NCBI RefSeq assembly: GCF_032444005.1
Contig: NC_091282.1
Location: 470,456,001 to 470,520,000, forward strand
Length of the DNA: 64,000 nt
Direction of reading: 5' to 3'
Source: Ranitomeya imitator
Lineage: Eukaryota
This document shows positions 33,235 to 46,242 of this stretch, piece after piece. The notes beneath the pieces were generated by a model. It did no database searches and was not told the origin of the DNA. It saw only the letters and a program-made list of their open reading frames with translations. A program made the position numbers and the translations under genes. How positions within the stretch are numbered: position 1 is the stretch's first letter; each line of letters opens with the position of its first letter.

Positions 33235-35474
33235 GTTGCCCTTTGTACGGTTTCTTTAAGTGTCTATCTGGTAGCCTAGTGTTGATTTTTGGTTGTGCAC
33301 TTGGATATATTGGAAAATAAATGCATTAATGTGCTCTATACAGTTCGTCATGTTTCAACCTTAAACAGAATAAAAACATGAGCAATGAAACATGCTCTAT
33401 GTATGCGGCTAGTTCGAAAATCTTACCCACACATACCTTTATAAAGGAAAATTCAACATAATACCTCTGTTAGCATATGCCATATCCTGTTCATCTAAGC
33501 ATCACTCCAGTAGGTGGGTGGAAAGGCTGGGTACAATATCTGTGTCCGACGGTGAAACTACTGGCCCTTCCCCTATGTTACGCAATTCCCACTCTGCTGT
33601 CCAGGAAGGAGAGCGCAGATGCCTCCAGTCCACAACCTGCAGTTCTACAGACACAATAGTCAGAAACTACTTCCAGTTTGTTGTTCCAGCACATCATTTA
33701 GTTGCCACTTGTCAGCATATATGTCTGTTCACAAATTTTTAGTTAGATATGGCATACATATTTGTTAACAATTTACATTGTCCACTGCTGGACAAAGACC
33801 ATTGCTGACTTTTCCAGGCTCCTAAATGAGACTTTTGTCTTTTTATTAAGCTTTTGCTTCCTTTATACTTTCTAAAGTTGGGTCCTTACAAAAAAGTGGT
33901 GTTAGTGTTTTGGCCAGTCTAAGAGACTGGGTTAATGCGCTCCACAGACCTATACAGGGCGAAGCCTTGCACATATTGAAACATGGTAATTGCCACGGTA
34001 AGGCCTTTACCTGATCTCTATAGCCCTGCCTGTCACCTGAGTAATATGCTCCACAGAGGTCGTCACTCTCTGGGACACAGCCTGTACTTCATTGTTGCTC
34101 AAAACCATGCAAATGATACATTCTGCCTGGTTGGGTAGTTTTCAGAAGAAATTATGAAGGAAAAAATGTTTCTTTGCATTTTTCCTTTTAAAAAATGTTG
34201 GTTTGGTTTGGTAGGTCTTTTTAAAAATCTGTAAAACTAGCGCAATAGTCTGACAGCATTATACTCAGATACCATAAGTGAGTCAGAAGGCATGCAGGCA
34301 TCTTCTCCATGCAGTTCCCATTTCGTTGTTTCTCTTTCCCATCGATTTCAGCTGTTTTCCCATGCCCCCAGTCCTGTTTGTTGTGCCCAACAGAAAAATA
34401 TTCGTCTTTCCCATTGACTTGCATTGGAGTCGCTATTCAGTACGAATACACGGATATTAGATAACATTTGTGCTGATTTTCCCAAATCTGAATATTTGAC
34501 AATTCGATAATTACTATTAGGTTTTTCTTAGGCTTCAATGGAGCAATTTCATATCGCCCATTAACTCTGTATGTCCAGCAAAATTAATTAGGGTCAGTAA
34601 ATACATATTTGTTAAGACAAAATACATTGCGCAGGTAGGACTTCAATTCGATTGGTGATAGGTGTCGAGCTCCCGACTTTGCACAGGGGGAATCTCGAAC
34701 CACCTCCTCTGCGATCTCCCATCCTTCTCCAGCCACAGTGGAGCCTGCAAAGTGGAGACGTCGGTCCCAGCACCTGGCTCAGGCTGATACTGGGCAGCTG
34801 GTTGCTACTGTTCTTCCAGGTTCTGCCTTTGTAACCAGTATTGGTCAGCGGCGAGCAGACGTCTCTGTGACTAAGTCATGCTTTTCCCCTTCTGAGCATG
34901 CCCAGGGTAAGACCTCTCATTGGAGGTCGGAGGTCACATGCTCAGATACTGCAGCAGCTCCCATTGGTCCTCTAGGAAGGTCTTGAAGTTGCTCAGGTAC
35001 TGCAGCAGCTCCCATTGGTCCTCTAGGAAGGTCTTGAATATTGCTGCAGCTATAAAAGGTTCGCATGGCCGCATGGCCATGCGCTAGTATCAAACCAATG
35101 TCTATGAGCTCATCGCCAGTGTGGTCATGTCTGGATGTGGTTAGGGTTTGGCTGAAATAAGCCCCTAGAATACCGGCACCTCCGGTGAGGAGTTAGTGTG
35201 AATGTATTCAGGGCCTTGGCTGAAATAAGCTGCTAGAATACCGGCACCTCCGGTGAGGAGTTGTTTGTCTATTTTCTCTGACTGCATGACCACAGTTTGC
35301 TCTGGTTGGTAGCTGTGTACCTCTGTGAGGTTAACAGGGCACAGCATTGTTCCTAGTGACTCTGTGGAGTTAACAGAGATTGCTTATATTGCCATATAGG
35401 GCTGACATTTGCCAGCATCAGGTTCCTCTCCTGCACGGTGGACCCCGGGTTGCGAACGCACCTAATAATACATA

Positions 35475-37081
35475 CAGTGGGGCAAAAAAGTATTTAGTCA
35501 GTCAGCAATAGTGCAAGTTCCACCACTTAAAAAGATGAGAGGCGTCTGTAATTTACATCATAGGTACACCTCAACTATGGGAGACAAACTGAGAAAAAAA
35601 AATCCAGAAAATCATATTGTCTGTTTTTTTAACATTTTATTTGCATATTATGGTAGAAAATAAGTATTTGGTCAGAAACAAAATTTCATCTCAATACTTT
35701 GTAATATATCCTTTGTTGGCAATGACAGAGGTCAAACGTTTTCTGTAAGTCTTCACAAGGTTGCCACACACTGTTGTTGGTATGTTGGCCCATTCCTCCA
35801 TGCAGATCTCCTCTAGAGCAGTGATGTTTTTGGCTTTTCGCTTGGCAACACGGACTTTCAACTCCCTCCAAAGGTTTTCTATAGGGTTGAGATCTGGAAA
35901 CTGGCTAGGCCACTCCAGGACCTTGAAATGCTTCTTACAAAGCCACTCCTTCGTTGCCCTGGCGGTGTGCTTTGGATCATTGTCATGTTGAAAGACCCAG
36001 CCACATTTCATCTTCAATGCCCTTGCTGATGGAAGGAGGTTTGCACTCAAAATCTCACGATACATGGCCCCATTCATTCTTTCATGTACCCGGATCAGTC
36101 GTCCTGGCCCCTTTGCAGAGAAACAGCCCCAAAGCATGATGTTTCCACCACCGTGCTTTACAGTAGGTATGGTGTTTGATGGATGCAACTCAGTATTCTT
36201 TTTCCTCCAAACACGACAAGTTGTGTTTCTACCAAACAGTTCCAGTTTGGTTTCATCAGACCATAGGACATTCTCCCAAAACTCCTCTGGATCATCCAAA
36301 TGCTCTCTAGCAAACTTCAGACAGGCCCGGACATGTACTGGCTTAAGCAGTGGGACATGTCTGGCACTGCAGGATCTGAGTCCATGGTGGCGTAGTGTGT
36401 TACTTATGGTAGGCCTTGTTACATTGGTCCCAGCTCTCTGCAGTTCATTGACTAGGTCCCCCCGCGTGGTTCTGGGATTTTTGCTCACCGTTCTTGTGAT
36501 CATTCTGACCCCACGGGGTGGGATTTTGCGTGGAGCCCCAGATCGAGGGAGATTATCAGTGGTCTTGTATGTCTTCCATTTTCTAATTATTGCTCCCACT
36601 GTTGATTTCTTCACTCCAAGCTGGTTGGCTATTGCAGATTCAGTCTTCCCAGCCTGGTGCAGGGCTACAATTTTGTTTCTGGTGTCCTTTGACAGCTCTT
36701 TGGTCTTCACCATAGAGGAGTTTGGAGTCAGACTGTTTGAGGGTGTGCACAAGTGTCTTTTTATACTGATAACAAGTTTAAACAGGTGCCATTACTACAG
36801 GTAATGAGTGGAGGAAAGAGGAGACTCTTAAAGAAGAAGTTACAGGTCTGTGAGAGCCAGAAATCTTGATTGTTTGTTTCTGACCAAATACTTATTTTCC
36901 ACCATAAAATGCAAAAAAAATGATAAAAAAAACAGACAATGTGATTTTCTGGATTTTTTTTTCTCAGTTTGTCTCCCATAGTTGAGGTCTACCTATGATG
37001 TAAATTACAGACGCCTCTCATCTTTTTAAGTGGTGGAACTTGCACTATTGCTGACTGACTAAATACTTTTTTGCCCCACTG
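35475..37081 (-). mobile_element. Full-length Tc1 transposon with ~200-bp TIRs
   Basis: TA|CAGTGGGGCAAAAAAGTATTTAG...CTAAATACTTTTTTGCCCCACTG|TA. Confidence 0.96.
35691..36713 (-). CDS. Tc1 DD34E transposase, intact ORF (340 aa from [10 protein letters not shown])
   Basis: [25 protein letters not shown]; no stops within ORF 35691-36752. Confidence 0.92.
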   Translation of the reverse strand: MVKTKELSKDTRNKIVALHQAGKTESAIANQLGVKKSTVGAIIRKWKTYKTTDNLPRSGAPRKIPPRGVRMITRTVSKNPRTTRGDLVNELQRAGTNVTRPTISNTLRHHGLRSCSARHVPLLKPVHVRACLKFAREHLDDPEEFWENVLWSDETKLELFGRNTTCRVWRKKNTELHPSNTIPTVKHGGGNIMLWGCFSAKGPGRLIRVHERMNGAMYREILSANLLPSARALKMKCGWVFQHDNDPKHTARATKEWLCKKHFKVLEWPSQFPDLNPIENLWRELKVRVAKRKAKNITALEEICMEEWANIPTTVCGNLVKTYRKRLTSVIANKGYITKY

Positions 37082-37559
37082 TATATTTATACTCGGTGCG
37101 TTCCGTCAACCCTACCAATTGGTTACTGCTGGTCACATTAATCACTATCCAGGGAGGCAAACTTCCAAATCATGGTTGCTACAATCATCTTTGTAAAAAC
37201 TAAATAAATATATATATATATATATATACTTTAGCTCCAAATTTGTTATTTTCACAAGGGTAACAGGTGAAAATGCCTGCAATTTCTTCTGAGTAGTCCA
37301 ATACCCTATAAGTGGTAGAAATTCACTGTTTAAGCGCACAGCAGGGCTCAGATTTGAAGGAGCACTGTTTGACTTTTTGAATGCAAAAACAGCTGGAATC
37401 GAGAGCGGACACCATGTCATGTTTGGAGAGCCCCTGATGTTCCTAAGCAGTGGAAATCCCCCCAAATTGACTCCATTTTGGAAACTAGACCCCTTAGGGA
37501 ACTTATCGAGATGTGTCATGAACATCTTGATCCTCCAGGTGCTTCACAGAATTTTATAA

Positions 37560-38530
37560 CATAGAGTAGTCCAGAGGTCACCGCAGTTCAGCACGGCTGG
37601 GAGCGCAGCCTCAGTGATGTCACTGAGGCTGCGCTTGCAGCATCTCATTCATCAGTGGTTCTCAGCCTGGACAGTCGCATCTTGGCACCATCTAGGTTGA
37701 AAGCTAATTCTCCCCAGACATGGATCAACTGACAGGTATGGCATATTGTTGTTTGCTGACCAAGGGGTTAGTAATGGGGGTATCTTATTGATGCCCCTCC
37801 ATTACTAACCTCGGGGCTTGATGTCACCAAACAATACAAAGGTGACATCAACCCCCCCACTATTATCCCACTGGCCACTGCTACAGGGCAAGTGTGAAGA
37901 GCGAAGCTAAGTGCCGGAATTGGCGCATCTTAGATATATGCCTCTTCTGGGGCGGCTGAGAACTGATGTTTTTAGCCAAAATCCATAACCCCTTCCTTGG
38001 CTATTCATGTCAGCTCACAGCTGTCTGCGTAGCCTTTGCTGGTTAGTAATTATAGGGTGACCCCATGTCATTTTTGGGGGGGGTACCCCATTTTAATAAC
38101 CAGTAAAGGATAAGTATACAGTTGTGAGCTGATTTTAATAGCCTGTTAAGCTCCATGGGTATTACCCTCTTCCCAGGCTATAAACATCTTCCCCCAGTCG
38201 TCGGCTTTTCTTCTGCTGGTTACAAAAATTGAGTGGGAGCCCTCGCCATTTTTTTTCAAAAAATAATCTTTAATTAATTAAATACATGTACGGTAATTTG
38301 CACAGATACTGCACTAATTGTATTTGTCACTTATATCTATATATCTACCTATTCTATTTGTATTTACTGTATGTAATCCATCTCTTCTATCCTGTAGGCT
38401 CATGCAGTGCTTTTACAGTACATGGCAGACGATTTGCCGGTTTTTCTTGTATCTATCTATCCATGCAATATAAGTACATATATACATGTGTGTGTCACTG
38501 ACATATATGTACATCTATTCTATGTGTATA
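37560..38530. repeat. Unclassified interspersed repeat (also at window start 1-200; resumes after Tc1 at ~40187)
   Basis: 37770-37930 aligns by eye with 1-160 (TTATTGAT...CCATTACTAA...CTACAGGGCA). Confidence 0.55.
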
Positions 38531-38534
38531 TATA

Positions 38535-40186
38535 CAGTTAGGGCCAGAAATATTTGGACAGTGACAGAAGTTTTGTTATTTTAGCTGTTTACAAAAACAT
38601 GTTCAGAAATACAATTATATATATAATATGGGCTGAAAGTGCACACTCCCAGCTGCAATATGATAGTTTCCACATCCAAATCGGAGAAAGGGTTTAGGAA
38701 TCATAGCTCTGTAATGCATAGCGTCCTCTTTTTCAAGGGACCAAAAGTAATTGGACAATGGACTCTAAGGGCTGCAATTAACTCTGAAGGCGTCTCCTCC
38801 GTTAACCTGTAATCAATGAAGTAGTTAAAAGGTCAGGGGTGGATTCCAGGTGTGTGGTTTTGCATTTGGAAGCTGTTGCTGTGAGCAGACAACATGCGGT
38901 CAAAGGAACTCTCAATTGAGGTGAAGCAGAACATCCTGAGGCTGAAAAAAAAGAAAAAATCCATCAGAAAGATAGCAGACATGCTTGGAGTAGCAAAATC
39001 AACAGTTGGGTACATTCTGAGAAAAAAGGAATTGACTGGTGAGCTTGGGAACTCAAAAAGGCCTGGGCGTCCACGGATGACAACAGTGGTGGATGATCGC
39101 TGCATACTTAATTTGGTGAAGAAGAACCCGTTCACAACATCAACTGAAGTCCAGAACACTCTCAGTGAAGTAGGTGTATCTGTCTCTAAGTCAACAGTAA
39201 AGAGAAGACTCCATGACAGTAAATACAAAGGGTTCACATCTAGATGCAAACCATTCATCAATACCAAAAATAGACAGGCCAGAGTTAAATTTGCAGAAAA
39301 ACACCTCAAGAAGCCAGCTCAGTTCTGGAAAAGTATTCTATGGACAGATGAGACAAAGATCAACCTGTACCAGAATGATGGGAAGAAAAAAGTTTGGAGA
39401 AGAAAGGGAACGGTACATGATCCAAGGCACACCACATCCTCTGTAAAACATGGTGGAGGCAACGTGATGGCATGGGCATGCATGGCTTTCAATGGCACTG
39501 GGTCACTTGTGTTTATTGATGACATAAGAGCAGACAAGAGTAGCCGGATGAATTCTGAAGTGTACCGGGATATACTTTCAGCCCTGATTCAGCCAAATGC
39601 TGCAAAGTTGATTGGACGGCGCTTCATAGTACAGATGGACAATGACCCCAAGCATACATCCAAAGCTACCCAGGAGTTCATGAGTGCCAAAAAGTGGAAC
39701 ATTCTGCAATGGCCAAGTCAATCTCCAGATCTAAACCCAATTGAGCATGCATTTCACTTTCTCAAATCTAGACTTAAGACGGAAAGACCCACAAACAAGC
39801 AAGACCTGAAGGCTGCGGCTGTAAAGGCCTGGCAAAGCCTTAAGAAGGAGGAAACCCAGCGTTTGGTGATGTCCATGGGTTCCAGACTTAAGGCAGTGAT
39901 TGCCTCCAAAGGATTTGCAACAAAATATTGAAAATAAAAATATTTTGTTTGGGTTATGTTTATTTGTCCAATTACTTTTGACCTCCTAAAATGTGGAGTG
40001 TTTGTAAAGAAATGTGTACAATTCCTACATTTTCTATCAGATATTTTTGTTCAACCCTTCAAATTAAACGTTACAATCTGCACTTGAATTCTGTTGTAGA
40101 GGTTTCATTTCAAATCCAATGTGGTGGCATGCAGAGCCCAACTCGCGAAAATTGTGTCACTGTCCAAATATTTCTGGCCCTAACTG
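38535..40186 (+). mobile_element. Full-length Tc1 transposon with ~32-bp TIRs
   Basis: TA|CAGTTAGGGCCAGAAATATTTGGACAGTGACA and its exact inverse ending at 40186|TA. Confidence 0.96.
38894..39931 (+). CDS. Tc1 DD34E transposase, intact ORF (345 aa)
   Basis: N-terminal HTH with GRPR motif; [24 protein letters not shown]. Confidence 0.93.
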   Translation: MRSKELSIEVKQNILRLKKKKKSIRKIADMLGVAKSTVGYILRKKELTGELGNSKRPGRPRMTTVVDDRCILNLVKKNPFTTSTEVQNTLSEVGVSVSKSTVKRRLHDSKYKGFTSRCKPFINTKNRQARVKFAEKHLKKPAQFWKSILWTDETKINLYQNDGKKKVWRRKGTVHDPRHTTSSVKHGGGNVMAWACMAFNGTGSLVFIDDIRADKSSRMNSEVYRDILSALIQPNAAKLIGRRFIVQMDNDPKHTSKATQEFMSAKKWNILQWPSQSPDLNPIEHAFHFLKSRLKTERPTNKQDLKAAAVKAWQSLKKEETQRLVMSMGSRLKAVIASKGFATKY

Positions 40187-41697
40187 TATCTATTCTATCT
40201 ATTCTATTTTAACTTGTCACTTGTCACTCTGTGATTATACTGTATGCGGCAGATGTTTTGCCAGCTTTTCTTGTATCTATCTAAGCAATAAAAAGCACAA
40301 ATTTTGGTAGAATAGTTTGCGGTTGATATTTGGGGAGCCCGAAAGGTGCCAGAACAACAGAAAACCCCCAAAAGTGACCCCATTGTAGAAACTGTTCCTC
40401 TCAATGAATTCATCTACTGCTCCATTAACCATTTTGTAACATCTACGCTGTGCTTTATTTTGGAGAATTGCAAATCTGCCTGTATTGTACCCATATATTG
40501 TGCGCCCATATAGTGTAGAGACTCCACATATTGTAGCACCCCCATACATTGTACCCAGCTTGTGCGATACCAGTTTTATATTTTTTTTTTATGATTTGCT
40601 ATTTTTAGACACTAAAAACAATATTTCCATAAAATGAATTTGTTTTTGCATCGTCCTATTCTGAGAGCTGTAACTGTTTTTTACTTTTCTCCCGAATGAG
40701 CCATATTAGTACTTGTTTGTTGCGGGACGATTTGGTGGTTTCACTGATATGATATATTTTTACATATCACTTTTTGTTCGCTTTTTATTCCCTTGAAAAA
40801 GTGACATTTTGGAGCTTTTTTTATTATTTTTTATGGCGTTCACCAAACGGAAAAAAAAAACATGCCAGTTTTATTGAGCAGGTCATTACAGATGCGGCAA
40901 TACCAATTATGTGTACTTTTTTAGTTTATTATTGTTTTATCAGAAACTGAGTTGGCAGGATAAAAGGGAAATTTCTCAAAATTCTTTAGACATTTAGGAC
41001 TCTGTGTAAGATATTTGGAAATTACTACTATTTTATAGAAAAGAATACACATAAATTACATAGGCCTATCTTCACAACAACCAGGTTTGTTTTACAATTT
41101 TTTACCCCAAAATACATCTGCAGTGAATTGATTCACCACAAATCTAGGAATACTGCATGCCTCTAATTGAACTGAAAATACATGTGTAGCACTCTGAGGT
41201 CTCATAGGACTGGATCTAATTTCTTTCAAGCTTTGTAACAGAATCACAGCCTTAGTAATGTCAAAATGACCTCTCCAAAGAAATGGATGGTAACCTGGAA
41301 TTAACCAACAAACCATTTAATAACATAATGCACTGACAGACTTTTCATATTTTTAAATTGACATATGATCAAAAAAATATTGCTCTTTGTCATTTATGAT
41401 CATTCTTTGGACTGATTCAAACTGATGTTGTCTCTGTAGCTCTGTCAGAGGTAACATAAACATATCTTCCTACCTCTTTTGCTGAGCTTAAAGTTCTGAC
41501 TTCATCTCATTATGCTACTCTGTTTGCATGTTTCAGAAGACTTATACTATTGCACAAATAACTATAGATAATACAGTATGTTACTTTTATTTTTCTATAT
41601 ACATAATAAAAGTCAATACAATAATTTTTTGTCTGTTTTACACTGCGTTTACATCACATTTATTGCTTGCGTACAAAAGGAAAGCTCAATGAATATA

Positions 41698-43010
41698 CAG
41701 CTCTGGCAAAAATTAAGAGACCACCACATCAAATCCTTGTCATGCCCAGCCCAATCTCCAGACCTGAACCCCATTGAAAACCTCTGGAATGTAATCAAGA
41801 GGATGATGGATAGTCACAAGTAGTGTTGAGCGATACCGTCCGATACTTGAAAGTATCGGTATCGGATAGTATCGGCCGATACCCGAAAAGTATCGGATAT
41901 CGCCGATACCGATACCCGATACCAATACAAGTCAATGGGACACCAAGTATCGGAAGGTATCCTGATGGTTCCCAGGGTCTGAAGGAGAGGAAACTCTCCT
42001 TCAGGCCCTGGGATCCATATTAATGTGTAAAATAAAGAATTAAAATAAAAAAATATTGATATAATTACCTCTCCGGAGGCCCCTGGACATCACCGCTGGT
42101 AACCGGCAGCCTTCTTTGCTTAAAATGAGCGCGTTTAGCACCTGAGAATGACGTCACGGCTTCTGATTGGTCGTGTGCCGCTCATGTGACCGCCACGCAA
42201 CCAATCAGAAGCCGCGACGTCATTCTCAGGTCCTAAATTCCTAGAATGAGGAGTTTAGGACCTGAGAATGACGTCGCGGCTTCTGATTGGTCGCGTGGCG
42301 GTCACATGAGCGGCACGCGACCAATCAGAAGCCGTGATGTCATGGAAGTCCCTAAACGCGCTCATTTTAAACAAAGAAGGCTGCCGGTTACCAGCGGTGA
42401 TGTCCAGGGGCCTCCGGAGAGGTGAGTATATCAATATTATTTATTTTAATTCTTTATTTTACACATTAATATGGATCCGATACCGATTCCCGATACCACA
42501 AAAGTATCGGAACTCGGTATCGGAATTCCGATACTGCAAGTATCGGCCGATACCCGATACTTGCGGTATCGGAATGCTCAACACTAGTCACAAGCCATCA
42601 AACAAAGAAGAACTGCTTACATTTTTGTGCCAGAAGCAGTGTGAAAGACTGGTGGAAAGCATGCCAAGACGCATGAAAGCTGTGATTAAAAATCATGGTT
42701 ACTCCACAAAATATTGATTTCTGAACTCTTCCTGAGTTAAAACATTAGTACTGTTGTTTCTAAATGATTATGAACTTGTTTTCTTTGCATTATTTGAGGT
42801 CTGAAATGACTGGTTATTTTTTTTTCTAGTTTTGACAATTTTTCCTTTTCAGAAAAAAAATACAAAATGTATTGCTTGTAAATTTGGAGACATGTCAGAA
42901 GTTTATAGAATAAAAGAACAATTTACATTTTACTCAAAAATATACATATTAAGAGAAAAATCAGACAAACTGAACATTTTGCAGTGGTCCCTAAATTTTT
43001 GCCAGAGCTG
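41698..43010 (+). mobile_element. Non-autonomous Tc1 deletion derivative with nested hAT MITE
   Basis: TA|CAGCTCTGGCAAAAATTAAG ends; same derivative as 58261-58801 in the opposite orientation. Confidence 0.88.
41821..42586 (-). mobile_element. hAT MITE, second copy (inverted relative to 9002-9776)
   Basis: TIR TAGTGTTGAGC; 8-bp TSD GTCACAAG at 41813-41820 and 42587-42594. Confidence 0.93.
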
Positions 43011-43169
43011 TATGTAAAACATATGCATAGGGGCTTTATGTAGCCAGAGAATGCCATTACCGAGCTTTTTGGTATACAGAATGGAAGGCTGATATTTGTG
43101 CTTGCCTTGTTATTTTTAACTATACAGGAGCATACAAAACCTAAGACAGAAACAAAATGAGCATATACC

Positions 43170-43768
43170 TGTAATGCAACTGCGGAGCAGTTGTGCTCAG
43201 CCACCACCAGGGGGTGCTGTTACGGGAAAAAAGAGTTGCACTTACTGTGTGGCATTTCAGTACAGAAGTGCAGGCTGCCACCAGGAGTCGGCAGAGTAGT
43301 TGGACAGGCCGAAATCAGCAACACACAGGGAGATGAAGTACCAGAGGTCACAGCAAAGCACGAGGTCAGAGACGAGCCAAAAGTCAGAGCCAGGTGGGAG
43401 TGTGGTATCCAAAACGTGAGATAGAAAGGGGAGTCAAGATACAAGCCAGAGGGTCAAAAGCTGTCCCGGAACACAGTACCAGAGACAGAAAAAGCAGAGG
43501 CGGAGTTCAGAGTTCAAGCCGAGTCATACACTGTAAGGAAATCACCAAACATACACTGAATCAGGGATAGGGAACAGAGGCAGAAGGATCACTAGGGTAT
43601 ACGGGTCAGCTGCTCCAAGCAAGGACCAGAACTATTACTACAAAGGCTATCAAAAATAGCACCAATTAATAGCCACAAAGAACCAATGAGAGGCAGCAAA
43701 AGTTAATCCCTCAGTGACCAGGCCAAGCAAAGAGAAACAAAATGCAAGCCCCAACCTGCATCATGACA
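43170..43768. mobile_element. Solo LTR (599 bp)
   Basis: TGTAATG...CATGACA; 5-bp TSD ATACC. Confidence 0.85.
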
Positions 43769-46242
43769 ATACCCTACTGTAACTAAATAAGTAAAAGCAA
43801 TAATCCATAGAAATAAATAAGGTACTTAGTAAACATTGTTTTGATTAAAAAAAGCATAAAAGCCATCTCACCAGCATCAATATGTACCCAAATTTAGTGC
43901 AGGTAAGGATGTGGCCGCCCTTCCTTTGAGCTAGATACATTTATATTGCTTCTCATTTGCTATGAGTCCATGTTCCGGCCCCAATCCTGCCCTAATTCAC
44001 ACTGACGTTACTATGACACATGTTAAGGTTTGAATAATAGAGATTTTGAGGACCATCCCACATTTTGGTAAATCTTGACACTGGTGGGATGGCTTTTACA
44101 CTGTTTTTAAATAAAAAAAACAGTGTTTACTAAGTACATTATTTATCTATATGCATTATTCCTTTAACTTATATAGTTACAGCCGTGTATATGTTCATTT
44201 TGTTTCTGTCTTAGGTTTTGTCTATTTAATGGCCAATGTGAACATGCTCCTATTTTGCATGCAAAATGGGGGCATAATAAATGAGAGACCGAGACTTTTG
44301 TAGGCCACTGAGTCAGTTGCTGATGAATGCCACTGTGTTCCTATCGAGTGGCTTATGACATGGGATACAATGAAATGTTCGTACATTCTTGACATATTCC
44401 TCTGAAGAAATTACAAAATTATGAGAATGGAAGCAAAAGGGAGCCATACATATTAAATAAATCGTGTACTCGCTGTAACAATCTAATGTTCATTAGATGT
44501 CTCAGAAAGAAGGATCAGGCAGATTGTTTTCAACACGCATGACCCCTTTCTTTTGGAAATAAAGCCATAGGCTTGCAGCAGCTTATTCAACATCCTCGTA
44601 GTTAAGCATGCATGTGTACGAGCCAATCAGGAAGAATAGCTTCCACAAAAAAATAGTTCAGCCAACACTTTTTCCAATCATATGGTTAGCTTTACTTTTT
44701 TGGGGGCAATAGGCAAATTTTGATTGTTAGGCAAATATAAATTTTGACTTTGTGCAATGAATTATTTCTAAATTTCAGATTATGTAAATTAATAATGATA
44801 CCACAGCACATTTATAGAAAGCACCAAGGTGTAGCTATTACTCTTGGATTAAGAAACAGTTTTGCAGGATGGCTTAATTAGAGATACTGTACATTCTGGT
44901 TGTGCTTCTTATAGAGCAGTAAAGATAGTATGCTGGTCCTATATTGTACTTATTGCTTTCTTTATAAAATTCACAGCACTTTTCATTATTATATGCAGCC
45001 GCTTTTGTAATTTGCTTTGAATAAACATAGATGTTAGGGATTAGAAAGCTACAGTGGGAAGTAAGAAATGCTTCAAAATATATCTACAATATATCGGGCA
45101 GGTTAATCTGTTATTGGACAATGTTGCATGCAGTAAGTTTAGAGGCAGCTAGAAGAGGCAAAATATGCCAAAACATGTTGAGAACATATTGTTAAAGTTA
45201 GAAGATGAGATACAGGAATATATTTTTACACTGTGGTGTGATGGATACAGTCTGCTGAGAATCTGGTATTTCTGCTTCTTAGCTAAATGCTGAAATAAAT
45301 CCTTTTCAAGATTTCAAGAATTAGAGGCATTAAAATGGAAATTATTTGTATTATATTCTCATTCTTAACTAAGCAGCAAAATTCAATTGGGGTATAATTT
45401 CATTAATCTTTGTGTCTGATCTATTTCCAATAGAGTCAGTTTGAAAAAAACTGGTAATCACAAGTTAATTGCCTTGCCTTGCGCAGGCGTGTACTATGGA
45501 GGACATAGCATGAACTTCAATCCAATATTGCAGCCAGCATGCAGCCAGCGGGTAAGGAAAGGGTGAATCAAACATCCAAAAACCCCGCCCCTATGACTGA
45601 AGATTGTTCCCTCCAAATTCAGGTGACAGTGTCCCTTTAAATTGTGAAATAAGACCTGCCTTCAATGACTGAGAGCTCCATGCTGTTCTGAAAAAAAGAC
45701 TTCCATGTTTTGATTATGATTATGAAACTTCTCTTCTACATAACTAAAGGGGAATTTATCAAGACTGGCATTTCATACCTCAGTCTTGAACCTAGAGTGA
45801 GGGATAACAAATTTATTCAGATGAGCTGGCACCCTGAGGTGGCATAGATTTCTGCTATAATGCACAACAGTTTTCTGGGTAATTTATAGCAAGTATGTCA
45901 CAATGTGAACGGACACACGTCATTTACTAGAACTATTAATTTACCAATTTTGGGGAAATTGATGTCAAATTTTGCTACATTCGGATGACAATTTTGTGGC
46001 ATATAATTTATGAAAAATTCCCACCATTTACACTTAGATGTGGCTGGCTTTATAGTGAGACTTTATGGATACTTGATGACAGAGTCAGAAATGAAAGAAA
46101 AATAAGCACAAAATTGATACATATCAGCACAGGTAAAAAAGGGTTTAGTACATGTAACATCGGTTGCAGGGAATGTGTTACCAGATTTTTGCTAGCTCAC
46201 CTGGGAGAAAGAGAGACCCTAATTCTAGTGATTTATCACATA

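Larger units (their letters stand above)
34656..37117 (+). mobile_element. Solo LTR related to the chromovirus LTR, interrupted by Tc1
   Basis: TG...CA ends with 5-bp TSD ATTGG (34651-34655, 37118-37122); 5' part resembles the reverse complement of 27400-27572; TATAAAA at 35051 and GCGCTAGTAT at 35081. Confidence 0.85.

Noticed and set aside
36064-36804. 246-aa ORF (and its twin at 56850-57590 on the - strand)
   Set aside because: Antisense shadow of the Tc1 transposase; conservation reflects copy identity only.
44321-44360. CTGATGA followed by a GCCAC/GTGGC hairpin
   Set aside because: No GAAA box or stem III/cleavage triplet follows, so it is not a hammerhead.
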